From the human T2T-CHM13v2.0 reference genome, Homo sapiens, in NCBI RefSeq assembly GCF_009914755.1, contig NC_060941.1: DNA of 64,000 nucleotides; one strand, given 5' to 3'. Below the pieces are notes generated by a model. That model saw nothing but the letters and a program-made list of their open reading frames with translations, had not been told where the DNA came from and did not search any database. Shown piece after piece: positions 1-17,305 of this stretch; the first letter of the stretch is position 1; each line of letters opens with the position of its first letter. The position numbers and the translations under genes were made by a program.

Positions 1-2045
<2,045 letters not shown>

Positions 2046-3376
2046 CGCCACATCCTTTTTTCAGCACAGCACTATTCATCAAATCAGACTGCATCATTCC
2101 TCTGCCCCAAACCTTCCCATTTCAATCAGAGTAAAAGCTCATGTCCTTCCACAGGCCATCAAGGCCCTACGGGATCTGGATCCCTGCCCATTACCATCCT
2201 GGGGCTTCTCCTGTTCCTCTCATCCTGCATCCCTTTGATACAGCCACACTGGCTCCCCACTGTTCTCTAACATACAAGCTCCACCTCAGAGCCTCTGTAC
2301 CTGTGTCCCCTACCTGACACAGTCTACCTTACCTCCTTCGGTTCTTAGCAAAACGTCTTCTTCATAGGGCATTCTCTATCCATCCAATTTGGAAAACACT
2401 TCCTCTCCCCCAGCAGTTTCTATGTACTCCCCCCATGCTTTATTTTTCATCAGTGATGACAATCATCCAACAGGCTATACATTTAACAATCATCCAACAG
2501 GCTATACATTTTACTTATTTACCGTCCATCTACCAACCTAAGTGCGATAAGGAAAAGGACTTTTGTCTGTTTTGATCACTGCTGAAACCCTAGCACCTTA
2601 GAATCCCGCATCTGAGCTGATGCGTAATAGGCGCTCAATAGGCATTTTTGTTAATGTATCTGTAAGATGATAATTGCCAAAACAAACGCCTCTCCATCTC
2701 TATAAACGGTATTACCTGCCTTCTAACCAGTCTCTGGAGCATTCCTGCTCCCTACAATCCGTTTAACACAGTGGCAGAATAATATTAAAATATTTAAATC
2801 AGCTATTTCTTTACCCAGCTTCCTATCACACTTAGTGAAATCCAAACTCCTTATTCCAACGCATCTCACGCATCCTTCTCCCCTTCATCCACTAGATCCA
2901 GCCTCACTGGACTATATTTTAATTCTCTTCTCTAAGCCAAACTGGATCCTGCCTGAGGGCGTTTGCGCTGTCTGGAATATTCATTCCCCATCTTTGCACG
3001 GTCAGTTATTTTTTGACATTCAGAGGTCGATCTAAACTTCACCTCTTCAGAAAGATCTTTATTCAATCCCTAGCCTTTCATTCCTTTTGAACGTCAGCAC
3101 AACAGTTACCACATACTGACTTTCCTTTTCATCACTTTTGTCCCATCACCTAGTATCTGAGCTCCTTGGGCGCGGGGCGCCCTCGCCGGACCTGATGGTG
3201 CATCCTCCTCGCCCACCGCGGTGGCTGCCCCCAAGCAGGCGCTCAGCGAGTGTGAAACCAATGCATTCACTCAGGACTCGCGAGCTGCCGTGGCAGGCAC
3301 TGCCCTCCCCTCCGCCAGCGAGCATCTCCCCCTCTCCGCGCCCGCCGCCCTCCGCGCTCCCGCCTCCCTCGCCTAC

Positions 3377-3921
3377 CTGTCGGCCAACTCCAGCACCTCG
3401 TGCACGCTGCCCGTGCTGACGCGGATGCGCCCGGTGTACATGTACTCGATTACGGCTTCCACTGTGTCGGGTTCGGGCCCCGGCTCGGAGCTCCACTTGC
3501 GCATCTCCACCCGTCCCGAGCGGGACTCGGAAAACTGGCCCGAGAGCAGGGGCGTGAAGTACTCGGTGGCGGCAGCCAGTACCGAGCGGTGGGCCCGGAA
3601 CTCGCGGCCTCCAGCCCCGCCGAAGCACAGGGTAATGTCGCAGAAGAGGCCCTGGCGCCGCTGCTCGTTCTGCCGCCAGGACAGCTCTGAGCAGTGAGAG
3701 CTGCACTCGAAATCCTCGGCTTCTGGGCCCGGATCGCCCCCGCTCGCCTCCATTGCAGAGATCCCCGGCCCAGGCCCGAAGTCCACCGTGCCGCTGCCTC
3801 GGACCTCGGCGGCCAGTCCTGCCGAGCCGGCGGCGGCCGTCTCCATGCTCTCCATCTCCAGTACCTGAAGAGATGCAGCCGCGGCCGCCGCCGCCGCCGC
3901 CGCCACTGCCGCAGCCGCCAT
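3377..3921 (-). CDS. KLHL11: KLHL11 coding exon 1 (polyalanine N-terminus + BTB/POZ domain); rest of gene lies left of the window
   Basis: ATG at 3921-3919; [26 protein letters not shown]...[31 protein letters not shown]...VIEYMYTG is a typical Kelch-like BTB; ends at donor AG|gtaggc (phase 2, 545 nt). Confidence 0.95.
3874..3918 (-). repeat. GCN polyalanine tract (A4-V-A10) in KLHL11
   Basis: (GCC)n run on plus strand, translated in frame. Confidence 0.9.
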
Positions 3922-4318
3922 CTTGACGCCGCTGCGCCCGGCCTCCACAGCCTCGGAACGATGCGGCTGTTGGTACGACACAGAGGGATTCTGGGATTAA
4001 ATAGTGCGCGCGGGGCGGGGCCAGGTCGCCCGCCGGCCGCACATGCGCCGCCTCGCCTCCAGCAGCGCCGCCTCGCCTCCAGCAGCTCTGCCTGCCTTGG
4101 TGAGGTCCGTCAGTAACAGTCGCCCAGTCCAGAAGACTTCGCCCCAGGCCTACCCCCAGGGCGTCGGTGCGAGTATGGCTCGCTTCCTTTCCTTAGTGGG
4201 TAGCATGCTCTCTGCAGTCATTTTGTCGAGTAAAGCCACCTTAGACCATCACCTGTTGTTAAAGCCTTGAGTGGCAATACAGGATTTTTATAAGATCTAG
4301 CCCCAGCTAAGTGGATGA

Positions 4319-5389
<1,071 letters not shown>

Positions 5390-5424
5390 TCAAAGGATAT
5401 GGATGCCAGGAGCCAGCAGTATGC

Positions 5425-6313
5425 CTTCATTGTTACTATATAGTTTATTTAAACCAGACTATGATAATACAGAGAAGAGACTGAGGTGGCAGCTGCCCAG
5501 AATCTTTGTGGATTACAGATGCAAAGTAGTTAGGAGTCCTTGGACCCACACTTCAGTTACAGACAGACAAATCAGCTGCATAAATACAGAGAACATAAGA
5601 CACAAGACATTTCACAGCTTTCTGCATTTCCATTTTAAATGTATGTATGTTACAACTTTACATATTAAGTTACTACTCCACATATTTTGTGACAATGGCT
5701 AAGGATGCAATGGCCCCATCCCCCTGACATAAACAGACTCTGGTCTGCAACACAGAACATTTCAGTGGGATACCAAACAAGCCCTTAACACGTAACATAC
5801 AAAAAGATCTTTAAAAATCAGATTAATACAATGTTCTTCATGTTATATAAGGAAGAAGAAAGGGAAGTAAAAAAAAAAAAAGAGAGACATTGGGGTGCTT
5901 TAAATGTATAGTATCTTGAGGCCATAAATGTTTCATTCCCTTCCTCCAAAGGAGAAAAAAATGTTTAACTAATGGAAAAAGAAAGCAACATCCTAACGCC
6001 CTACAATGAGGAAGACCCCATCCTGACAGTACTTAGATGCTTCCATATAATAAATACAGCAGGTAGCAGAGCAAAGTCACAAATATTGGCTTGGTTTTTA
6101 TTTCTATGCTTATAAAAAAAATATGAAGCTTCTTTGTGTGGACTGAAGGGGTGTTAGCCTGTGGATGTTGGTCTTCGGTGCCTGTACCCCAGTGGCTGTT
6201 TACATTCCAGGCCCCTGCTAAATAAAGCAGGCTCCACTGCCAGCTGTCTGTACACTTTTTCTTGGGGGAAGAGTTCTTGTCTTCAGTTTACTGCAGTAGG
6301 GTTCCTGGCTCTG
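5425..6313 (-). other. ACLY: ACLY 3' UTR (distal end approximate)
   Basis: Unique AT-rich sequence between TAA stop (6316-6314) and AATAAA at 5449-5444. Confidence 0.8.
5444..5449 (-). terminator. ACLY: Distal polyadenylation signal AATAAA of ACLY
   Basis: tttatt on plus strand; last canonical hexamer before the Alu block. Confidence 0.75.
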
Positions 6314-6408
6314 TTACATGCTCATGTGTTCCGGAAGAACATATGAAATATCATCCCACGGATGACGATACAGCCCCTGCTTCAGCCTCTTCTGATCAAG
6401 ATAGTGTC
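6314..6408 (-). CDS. ACLY: ACLY exon 29 coding part (HYLDQKRL...PEHMSM*)
   Basis: ttttag|GA acceptor, 95 nt, TAA stop; ACLY C-terminus. Confidence 0.96.
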
Positions 6409-6660
6409 CTAAAATGAAGCAAACACATCTTTTTTATTAGAGCTTCATAAGCCTGGTGAGAGGAAGAGGCTAAGGAAGGGAAATCTTTCTAACACACAAA
6501 AAAAGTAGACACAAAGCAGTGGGAAGTTTAGTCCAAATCCACTGTATAGGTAGATGAGGCGGACTTTGTACAAGGGAGCTGCTGGATCTGATTCTATTTT
6601 CCTTTAAATTAAAACAAAATTTTAAAGGGAAAAAATAAAATAAAATAAATAATAAAAATA

Positions 6661-6970
<310 letters not shown>

Positions 6971-7214
6971 CTAGCAATCATTTCTAAGAACAAAGGAACA
7001 ATGATAAAGATAAGGGGAAAGGTTAAAGTAAGAAAGGAAAGATTAAGAACAATGATTAAGAGGATATGACATTTCTTCTGTAGAAACTGAACCACAAAAA
7101 GAAAATTAAAAAAAAAAAAAAAAAAGAAAAAGAAACTCAACCCCATGGGTAAGTGGTGTAGCTGAACCGTGGGGTTTAAAAAAAAACACTTAAAACAACA
7201 ACGAATGGACTCAC

Positions 7215-7291
7215 CAATGAACCCCATACTCCTTCCCAGCACAAAGATGCCATTGAGGGCTCCAATGTCAATATATTCATCAGCTTCCTCC
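7215..7291 (-). CDS. ACLY: ACLY exon 28 ([25 protein letters not shown])
   Basis: cag/gtgagt, 77 nt, phase consistent. Confidence 0.96.
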
Positions 7292-7548
7292 CTGCAACAC
7301 ACATCAACTTGTAGTTTTAAAAGGCTCACGTGACTGCCCTCCTCCCCACAGACAGTACTACTACTGCCCAAGAATGAGAAGAAAAGGGGTGCTCTGGGTG
7401 GTAGCATTACAGGCAATTTTTGTTTTCTTCTTTATACCTCTCCTTATTTTTCAAATATTCTATTATGAGTATGCATTACTTTTATAGTTTGGAGGAAACA
7501 ACAAAAATCAACAAACTTAATGAAGAAGAAAACAGCTGCAATGCTCAC

Positions 7549-7631
7549 CGAGTAAAGGACCCACAGTTTCTAAGCATGTCTACAAATGCGACTCCGATGA
7601 GACCATCTACATTCAGGATAAGATTTGGCTT
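7549..7631 (-). CDS. ACLY: ACLY exon 27 ([10 protein letters not shown]...CGSFT)
   Basis: cag/gtgagc, 83 nt. Confidence 0.96.
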
Positions 7632-7979
7632 CTGGGAAGGCAAAAAAATTCAAAGCATTTATCATTATTTCTCATTTTTTCTTCATAATTTTCCACTGTC
7701 ACTACCATTACTACGAATTGTGACCATCATTTAAAAACCTTCTACCAGCCCCACTGGTCGACACTGTGTCTGACTCAGTTCAATTCCCAGCATCTAGCAA
7801 AGTACCCAACACCTAGTTGACATTTAGTGCATGTCTGTTAAATTTAGTTATGAAACAAAAATAACATTTCTAGAAAACTAGGTTTGCTTTTAGCTGCATA
7901 ATCAAAATGTAACGTGGCTCCTATTTCCTCCAATAAACTTGTCCAACGTGAGGGAATTAGGAAGTTTTTTCTTTGTTAC

Positions 7980-8093
7980 CTTCGAGGTGGTAATCTTCTC
8001 TACTTCCAGTGCATAATCGAGCAGAGGAGTGGCAGGGAAGTGCTGCCTGACGTAATCTTTGAGGATCTGCACTCGCATGTCTGGGTTGTTTAT
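7980..8093 (-). CDS. ACLY: ACLY exon 26 (INNPDMRV...ITTSK)
   Basis: tag/gtaaca, 114 nt. Confidence 0.96.
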
Positions 8094-9199
8094 CTAGAAA
8101 TGAACCCAACGGTACAGAGGAACACTCACACACTGCTGGGATGTGTTTGTTCATACTTGTGTTACAGGTAGGTAGAACTGGACATATCCCAGCGGCGATT
8201 CAGGAACCTGGCCCACGTGTACCATTCCATGTGGCACCAATTGTGCTAATGCCATGAGGCTGGCTTTTGAAGTCCTCTCATATCTCAATTGGGACACAAA
8301 ACAACCTTGGTAGGTTCTCACTTTTAAGTTGCAAAGAAGAAACTGAGCCCTGAGATGTTCAGGGAACTGGCCAGGTCCTACAGTGTTGAGCAGCAGAGGT
8401 CTGAAAGTTAACCACTCTCCAACTCAAGAGTCTTAGGTTCCAGCCTCCAGCCATGCCCCCGCCAGCTCTGTGCCTACTCAAGCTGTGACAAAGTTCAACA
8501 CTAAACAAACACGTGTTTAGTGTGGGGAGGCAAAGTATTCCCAAAATTTTAGGGAAAACTCTAGACCTGCTGTGAATGAAATTAACCACCTGTCAGTGGG
8601 GGAGGAAGATGATCTAGGGACATACCAAATCGAATACCAAAGCAACTTCAGCCCTCAGCAAAAGAGATAGCTGGGTCAGTACATCCTCTAGAAAGCGGGG
8701 AGCTCAAAGAGTGAATGAGTGAGTGTGGAGTGCAAGTCTAGCATTATCTTAGAAAGAGGCTCTGTGCTGTACATAGGCATGTTGTTATATGCTCAGGAGC
8801 TGGGGCTGGCTGAGCAAAGTCAAGCAAGTCCTGGATGGAATGTCCCTCAGAGCCACCCACCTTCCCTGCTTGGTTCTGAGCTGGTCCTTGCTCATCAAGC
8901 AACCTCTGGGTATCACCTGAGATGGCCAAGTGTTTGGCTGCCTAGAAGGTGGTGTCCTGAATCACATGCATGACCTTCATGTTAATACTCCCCACCTAGG
9001 CCAGTGGAGTGACCAAATAAATGAGGTTGCTGGAGCTACAGAGCCAAGGAGCCCAGGGTAAAGGGATCTGCTAAGGAGCTGTCCCCATAAGGCCCTGAGC
9101 AGCTGCCAGTGACCTCATCTCTTGCTCTTTGGTTTCTAACCAAAGCACAATATAAGGACATAGAAATGACCGGCCCTGTGTGAGACTATATAAACTGTT

Positions 9200-9573
9200 T
9201 CAAATATTTACTGTCCTTTCCCACTGGTCTCTCCCAATCAGATATGCCTTGATATTGTCACTCTTCCTGCCCCAGTGATGTCACAAATAACCACTTGACT
9301 TGCGGTGGCCAATGAAATGTGAGTGAAGGTGAATCATGTAAGGCTTTAAGAGCCTGCACGTGGTCCTGCCATTGCTGTTATCCTGCTGACGTGAGGCCAG
9401 CACATCCCAGACGGCGGCTGTTCCTTCGGCACAGATGGCAGAGAACAGGCACAGCAAACCCTCAGTGGATGTAGTGTGAATGAGACATAAACCTTTGCTG
9501 TGGTAAGCCACTGAGATTTTTGGAGTTGTCTGTTACTGCGGAATGAGGTATTATCTAGCCGAAGGTGACCAAT
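9200..9573 (+). mobile_element. Old MaLR LTR (MLT1-type)
   Basis: GGCCAATGAAATGTGAG and AAACCTTTGCTGTGGTAAGCCACTGAGATTTTTGGAGTTGTCTGTTACTGC are typical MLT1 motifs. Confidence 0.6.
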
Positions 9574-9812
9574 ATGTCCCCTCAACCTGACCTTGGCCCT
9601 TTTACCCATAAGATTCATTTGGGAAACCAAAGTTACCAAGTTTTCCATCTCATTTCAACTGCTATTTCCATACTGCAAGCGAACGACAGAAAAACTGTTA
9701 AGGGCAATCTGTATTATAACATGGAAAAAATAGCTGCTTTGTATTTGGCATCTGTCAACACATCCAAAGCTTTGTATGTTGGAGTTGAAAGCTTAGGTAT
9801 TCTCCCAAATAA

Positions 9813-9986
<174 letters not shown>

Positions 9987-10194
9987 TAGCTGGGATTACA
10001 GGCATGCACCACCACGCCTGGCTAATTTTTTTGTATTTTTAGTAGAGACGGGGTTTCTCCATGTTGGTCAGGCTGGTCTCCAACTCCCGACCTCAAGTGA
10101 TCCACCTGCCTTGGCCTCCCATAGTGCTGTGATTACAGGCATGGGCCACCGCGCCTGGCCTCCATCCCACTTTTTTAGGAGAGTAACAACTCAC

Positions 10195-10338
10195 CGACTT
10201 CACTCGGTGACCAATGCCCATGATCAGCTTCCCTTCCTTCTTCATCTTGTTCACAAACTCCATGGGGATAATGCCACTGTCAAAGGCTTTACTGAACATC
10301 TTGGCTGCTGCATCCAAGGCACCCCCAAACCGATCCCC
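10195..10338 (-). CDS. ACLY: ACLY exon 25 (GDRFGGALD...GIGHRVKS)
   Basis: cag/gtgagt, 144 nt; citrate-synthase-like GIGHR motif. Confidence 0.96.
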
Positions 10339-10537
10339 CTGGAGGAGAAACAAGTGCGTGTTGCCTTGAGCTTTAAGAGTTTCCTTCAGCTGGGCAAACC
10401 AACCCAGTGTGTCCCGAACGGCCCTGAGCACTGGGTTTTACACTCAGGGGCTCCTTCTAGGGCCCTGCTGTGGCAAAGCAGCATGAGGCCAAGGCCCAGT
10501 GTCCCCACTGTTCACCTCCCATGATGACAGTACTTAC

Positions 10538-10688
10538 GATGGTGAGCAGCCCCGAGGTGAGGCTGGAGACCAGGTCTTTCCCAGCTCGCGCACAAATGAT
10601 GGTGTTGTGGGCTCCAGAGACGGCTGGCCCGTGATCAGCTGTCACCATCAGACACATCTCAATGAACTGGCAAGAGTACTTAGGCAAC
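10538..10688 (-). CDS. ACLY: ACLY exon 24 (LPKYSCQF...ADHGPAVSG...GLLTI)
   Basis: cag/gtaagt, 151 nt. Confidence 0.96.
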
Positions 10689-10805
10689 CTGGAGTGGGGG
10701 GATCAAAGGCCAGGAGATGGTCGACAAGGCCATGCTCGTACTTTCCCCCATCTCCCTAAACAAGTCATTCAAATCCAAGAAGGGTAACTACCAGTCCAAG
10801 TCTAA

Positions 10806-11174
<369 letters not shown>

Positions 11175-11701
11175 TGAATCTATTCTTTGATCAGTGATTT
11201 TCAGCATGAGTTGCCTGTACCAGGATTTGACCTGTATTTGTGGCTATGCTCCATGTGCCAGACTGACAGGAGGTGAGAACCCTGTCCCTTCACAGTGTAG
11301 GAGGCCCCATGCCTCATTCCTGTAGTATTCAACCTCCCAACTAAGAATCAGGAACAAAGTATGGAGAGGTGGGAGGCAGGAGCAGACAGAGAGAGACCTG
11401 CTCAGGTGTTATAACCCGTGAACTTTTCCCAGGAAGGGTCCAAAGCAGGACCAAGACCCATCTCTCTGCAGGTGAGGGCATGACACAACCAAAGACATTG
11501 ACCTGGCCTTCTGCCCAGCATCACATTAAGCCCAGGGCTCTGTGAATCACATACTCACTGGCTCCCCTGCCCAGCCGTCAGTCCCACGGGAGGGCTAAGA
11601 TTGGGAGTTGCAGAGAAAACCAATTTTTTCTAACATTCAAGCTGATGGGAGAAACAAATTTGCAAAGTGAACACAAGGTACTTTTTTTTTTTTTTTTTTG
11701 A

Positions 11702-11809
<108 letters not shown>

Positions 11810-12316
11810 TGATTAGCTGGGATTACAGGCGTGCACCACTATGCCTGGCTACCTTTTTGTATTTTTAGTAGAGATGGGGTTTCACCATGTTGGCCAGGCT
11901 GGTCTTGAATTCCTGACCTCAGGTGATCCACTCACCTCGGCCTCCCAAAGTGCTGGGATGACAGGCGTGAGCCACCGCGCCTAGCCCATAAGGTACTTTC
12001 TATCTGTTCAGCAGCTCCACCAGGCCCACACTCCTTAGGCCACCACATCTTTCCAGTTCTCTCCTGCCTAACCTCTATCTTGCTGTCAAGAGATCTGCAT
12101 TTGGTTGGGTGCAGTGGCTCATGTGACTGGACTTTCTGTCCTTGGAAGACTTAGGAATAGTTTATGTGTCCTTCCTCTGGCCGCTCAATTGACCTGTGGC
12201 CCCAAAGATTGATCTTGGACACACTCCCCAGGCCTGTCCACTCCCACCCCTTTGTTGGGGGAAAATCATTAACTCTGAGCTGCAGGGCCCTGTAATCTTC
12301 TGCCCTCCATGCTCAC

Positions 12317-12471
12317 CTTTTCTGGAACCAGAGGAGGCCGAGGACCCCGCCAATGCCCATCTCTTCCTTGAAGACCTCAGTGATGGGCATGCCCGCGTAG
12401 ATGAGCTCCTGTCCTCGCTCATCGCAGATGCTGGTCATGAACGAGGCAGGTTTGCGGATCAAACCAAGCTC
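12317..12471 (-). CDS. ACLY: ACLY exon 23 ([11 protein letters not shown]...LLWFQK)
   Basis: cag/gtgagc, 155 nt. Confidence 0.96.
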
Positions 12472-12950
12472 CTGGGCAGAGATGGGGAAGAGGGAAGCAG
12501 GGCCCTGGTGACCACCACAGATTTTTCCAGGACTGCCCTGCTGTGTGTACTCTCAGAACCAAAGCACCCCAGGAATGTCGTAAACTCTGGCAGCCAAGTA
12601 ACAACTCTCAAAGTTTTCCCAAGAAAGAAGTGCAAAAGCCCTTTCATTAGATCATTTTGGACATAGAAAACAGGAGGACCCATGACACCACTTGGCATCA
12701 GCACTCTCAGCTCTATTTCTATCCTTCCCTGAGCATTTGCTGGGCTAGGAAATAGCCTAAGCAGTTCATATCCATTGCTTCATTTCTGGAGGGGGACCAG
12801 AGTCTCTCTGTTGCCCAGGCTGGAGTACACTGGTGAGACCATAGCTCACTTCAGCCTCAAACTCCTAGCTAGGCTCAAGCGATCTGCCCAGCTATGCCTC
12901 CCAGTAGCTGGGGCAACAAGGCACGCACCGCCACGCCTGGCTAATTTTAA

Positions 12951-13284
<334 letters not shown>

Positions 13285-13539
13285 TAGCCAGGATGGTCTC
13301 AATCTCCTGACCTCATGATCCGCCTGCCTCGGCCTCCCAAAGTGCTGGGATTACAGGCGTGAGCCACTGCATCCAGCCCATTGCTTCATTTTAACCTCAC
13401 AAAGGAGAAGCATTCCTTGTGTTATAGCAAAAAAAAAAAAAAAAAAAATGAGGCTTAGAGAGGCTCAGTAACCAGCCCAAGGTCACCTGGGTAAGAAATG
13501 GTAAAATGAATCCAAAGGGAAAATCTTACATACACTTCA

Positions 13540-13855
<316 letters not shown>

Positions 13856-13913
13856 TCAAAAAAAAAAAAAAAAAGGGGGGACGAGATACGTGGCTAAAGA
13901 AATGGGGGAGCCC

Positions 13914-15448
13914 CCCTCCCTCTCCCTCTCCCCACGGTCTCCCTCTCCCTCTCCCCACGGTCTCCCTCTCCCTCTCCCCACGGTCTCCCTCTGATGCCGA
14001 GCCGCAGCTGGACTGTACTGCTGCCATCTCGGCTCACTGCAACCTCCCTGCCTGATTCTCCTGCCTCAGCCTGCCGAGTGCCTGCGATTGCAGGCGCGCG
14101 CCGCCACGCCTGACTGGTTTTCGTATTTTTTTGGTGGAGACGGGGTTTCGCTGTGTTGGCTGGGCTGGTCTCCAGCTCCTAACCACGAGTGATCCGCCAG
14201 CCTCGGCCTCCTGAGGTGCCGGGATTGCAGACGGAGTCTCGTTCACTCAGTGCTCAATGGTGCCCAGGCTGGAGTGCAGTGGCGTGATCTCAGCTCGCTA
14301 CAACCTCCACCTCCCGGCCGCCTGCCTTGCCCTTCCAAAGTGCCGAGATTGCAGCCTCTGCCCGGCCGCCACCCCGTCTGGGAAGTGAGGAGCGTCTCTG
14401 CCTGGCCGCCCATAGTCTGGGATGTGAGGAGCCCCTCTGCCTGGCTGCCCAGTCTGGAAAGTGAGGAGCGTCTCTGCCCGGCCGCTATCCCATCTAGGAA
14501 GTGAGGAGCGCCTCTTCCCGGCCGCCATCCCATCTAGGAGGTGAGGAGCGTCTCTGCCCGGCCGCCCATCGTCTGAGATGTGGGGATGAGGAGATCCTCT
14601 GCCTGGCAACCACCCCGTCTGAGAAGTGAGGAGCCCCTCTGCCCGGCAGCCGCCCCATCTGAGAAGTGAGGAGCCCCTCCGCCCGGCAGCCACCCCGTCT
14701 GGGAAGTGAGGAGCGTCTTCGCCCGGCAGCCACCCCGTCCGGGAGGGAGATGGGGGTCAGCCCCCCGCCCGGCCAGCCGCCCCGTCCGGGAGGGAGGTGG
14801 GGGGGTCAGCCCCCCGCCCGGCCAGCCGCCCCGTCCGGGAGGTGAGGGGCGCCTCTGCCCGGCCGCCCCTACTGGGAAGTGAGGAGCCCCTCTGCCCGGC
14901 CACCACCCTGTCTGGGAGGTGTACCCAACAGCTCATTGTGAGCGAGCCATGATGACAATGGCGGTTGTGTGGAATAGAAAGGGGGAAAGGTGGGGAAAAG
15001 ATTGAGAAATTGGATGGTTGCCGTGTCTGTGTAGAAAGAAGTAGACATGGGAGACTTTTCATTTTGTTCTGTACTAAGAAAAATTCTTCTGCCTTGGGAT
15101 CCTGTTGATCTGTGACCTTATCCCCAACCCTGTGCTCTCTGAAACATGTGCTGTGTCCACTCAGGGTTAAATGGATTAAGGGCAGTGCAAGGTGTGCTTT
15201 GTTAAACAGATGCTTGAAGGCAGCATGCTGGTTAAGAGTCATCACCACTCCCTAATCTCAAGTACCCACGGACACAAACACTGCGGAAGGCCCCAGGGTC
15301 CTCTGCCTAGGAAAACCAGAGACCTTTGTTCACTTATCTGCTGACCTTCCCTCCACTATTGTCCTATGACCCTGCCAAATCCCCCTCTGCGAGAAACACC
15401 CAAGAATGATCAATACAAAAAAATAAAAAATAAAAAAGGAAAAAAAAA
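13914..15448 (+). mobile_element. Full-length SVA retrotransposon in ACLY intron 22, antisense to the gene
   Basis: (CCCTCT)n head, antisense Alu-like part, GC-rich VNTR (~14350-14910), SINE-R, A tail; TSD AAAGAAATGGGGGAGCCC at 13896-13913 and 15449-15466. Confidence 0.95.
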
Positions 15449-15589
15449 AAAGAAATGGGGGAGCCCTTCAATATGTCTTTTACCCAGGGGACGGGGACTG
15501 AATTCCTGAATTTCCCATTTCCAGAGTTGAGGCAAATCAGCCAATTTAGTCCAATCCTATTTCTCCAATTATCCTCTATGAATTTTTAA

Positions 15590-16086
<497 letters not shown>

Positions 16087-16088
<2 letters not shown>

Positions 16089-16506
16089 TGTCAACTTGAC
16101 TGGATTGAGGGACACAAAGTATTAATCCTGGGTGTGTCTGTGTAGGTGTTGCTAAAAGAGATTATCATTTGAGTCAGTGGGCTGGGGAAGGCAGATCCAC
16201 CCTTAGTGTAGTGAGCATAATCTAATCAGCTTCCAGCAAATATAAAGCAGGCAGAAAAATGTGAAGAAGAGAGACCAGCCTAGCCTCCCAGCCTACATCT
16301 TTCTCCTGTGCTGGATGCTTCCTGCCCTCAAACATCAGACTCCAAGTTCTTCAGTTTTGGGACTCGGACTGGCTCTCCTTGCTCCTCAGCTTATAGACAG
16401 CCTATTGTGGTACCTTGTGATCATGTAAGTTAATACTTAATAAACTCTCCTTTATATATATATATCCTATTAGTTCTGTCCCTCTAAGAGATCCCCGACT
16501 AATACA
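16087..16506 (+). mobile_element. MLT2A-type (ERVL) solo LTR, slightly 5'-truncated
   Basis: TGTCAACTTGACTGGATTGAGG...(TA)n CCTATTAGTTCTGTCCCTCT...GACTAATACA terminus resembles MLT2A1/A2 consensus. Confidence 0.8.
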
Positions 16507-16611
16507 GAAGGCCTGGTTTCCAAGAGTTCAAGGCAAATCAACGCGAAACCCACCACCATAGACCCACAGATCTCCCTTGCTCACACTGTTAGAGACATTT
16601 AAGGCACCTAC

Positions 16612-16705
16612 CCTGGCCCAGGAGTAGTCCATGGGCACGGTTGGGGGCGGCACCTCCTGGGCAGGTACAATGACTCCATTGGCCACGAGATCTTCGTATA
16701 CAGAC
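16612..16705 (-). CDS. ACLY: ACLY exon 22 ([10 protein letters not shown]...DYSWAR)
   Basis: cag/gtaggt, 94 nt. Confidence 0.96.
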
Positions 16706-17305
16706 CTGGGAGGCAGGAAAAAAAAGACATCCATGTGGATTTTCTTATTTTGGGCTCCTGTAAGACATCCCAAGAATGCTCTATCTAACCCAAACACTGT
16801 AGGTTTCTTAGTTTACTCTTACCTGCTGAATTCTGAGAACTAAATGAAAAGAAGTTCTAGCCAAGACTGCACCTGCCCTCTGCTCCCTACTACCTCATGT
16901 CCCAATCTCTGGATGGCAAGGAAGGACACAGCCGGGAGTCCAGGCAGGTTTAAGAGGTAGAAATGGGAAGAGATCACAGGATATCTAATAACTCTCTATC
17001 AATCATAGATAACACTCTCTAAACATTTTCATGTGGAGCTCTCATCTATGGCTGCCACCTCCCAGCCAAATAGGTAGGCTCAGAAACTCAACACATTTTA
17101 ATACCAGCCTAGACCTACTGCCTCCACAAACTAAATAAAACAAAAGGAAAGCCAAAGAGAAAGAGGATTTTGAACCATCCATACAGCTGCGCTAGACACC
17201 GAGAGGGACCAGGAATACATGATGTCCCTGTGTGGGAGAGGCTGCTGTCTCAGGAGGGATTTGGAAAGGAGGGGGAGGCCGGCATCCTCCCCAAGGTCCA
17301 CTTAC

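Larger units (their letters stand above)
3160..4200. promoter_or_regulatory. KLHL11: CpG island / KLHL11 promoter
   Basis: Very GC- and CpG-rich; YY1-like AAGATGGCGG over the start codon, TATTTAAT (minus, 3996-4003), GC boxes near 4012-4035, NRF1-like GCGCATGTGC (minus, 4039-4048). Confidence 0.8.

Noticed and set aside
3146-4042. 298-aa minus-strand ORF and several plus-strand ORFs over KLHL11 exon 1
   Set aside because: Alternative frames of a GC-rich CpG island where stops are scarce; low-complexity G/R content and no recognisable domain
14350-14910. Spaced GC-rich repeats resembling a CRISPR-like array
   Set aside because: This is the SVA VNTR; no unique spacers, no cas genes, eukaryotic context
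14034-15248. ORFs within the SVA
   Set aside because: SVA is non-coding; the frames come from VNTR and SINE-R sequence
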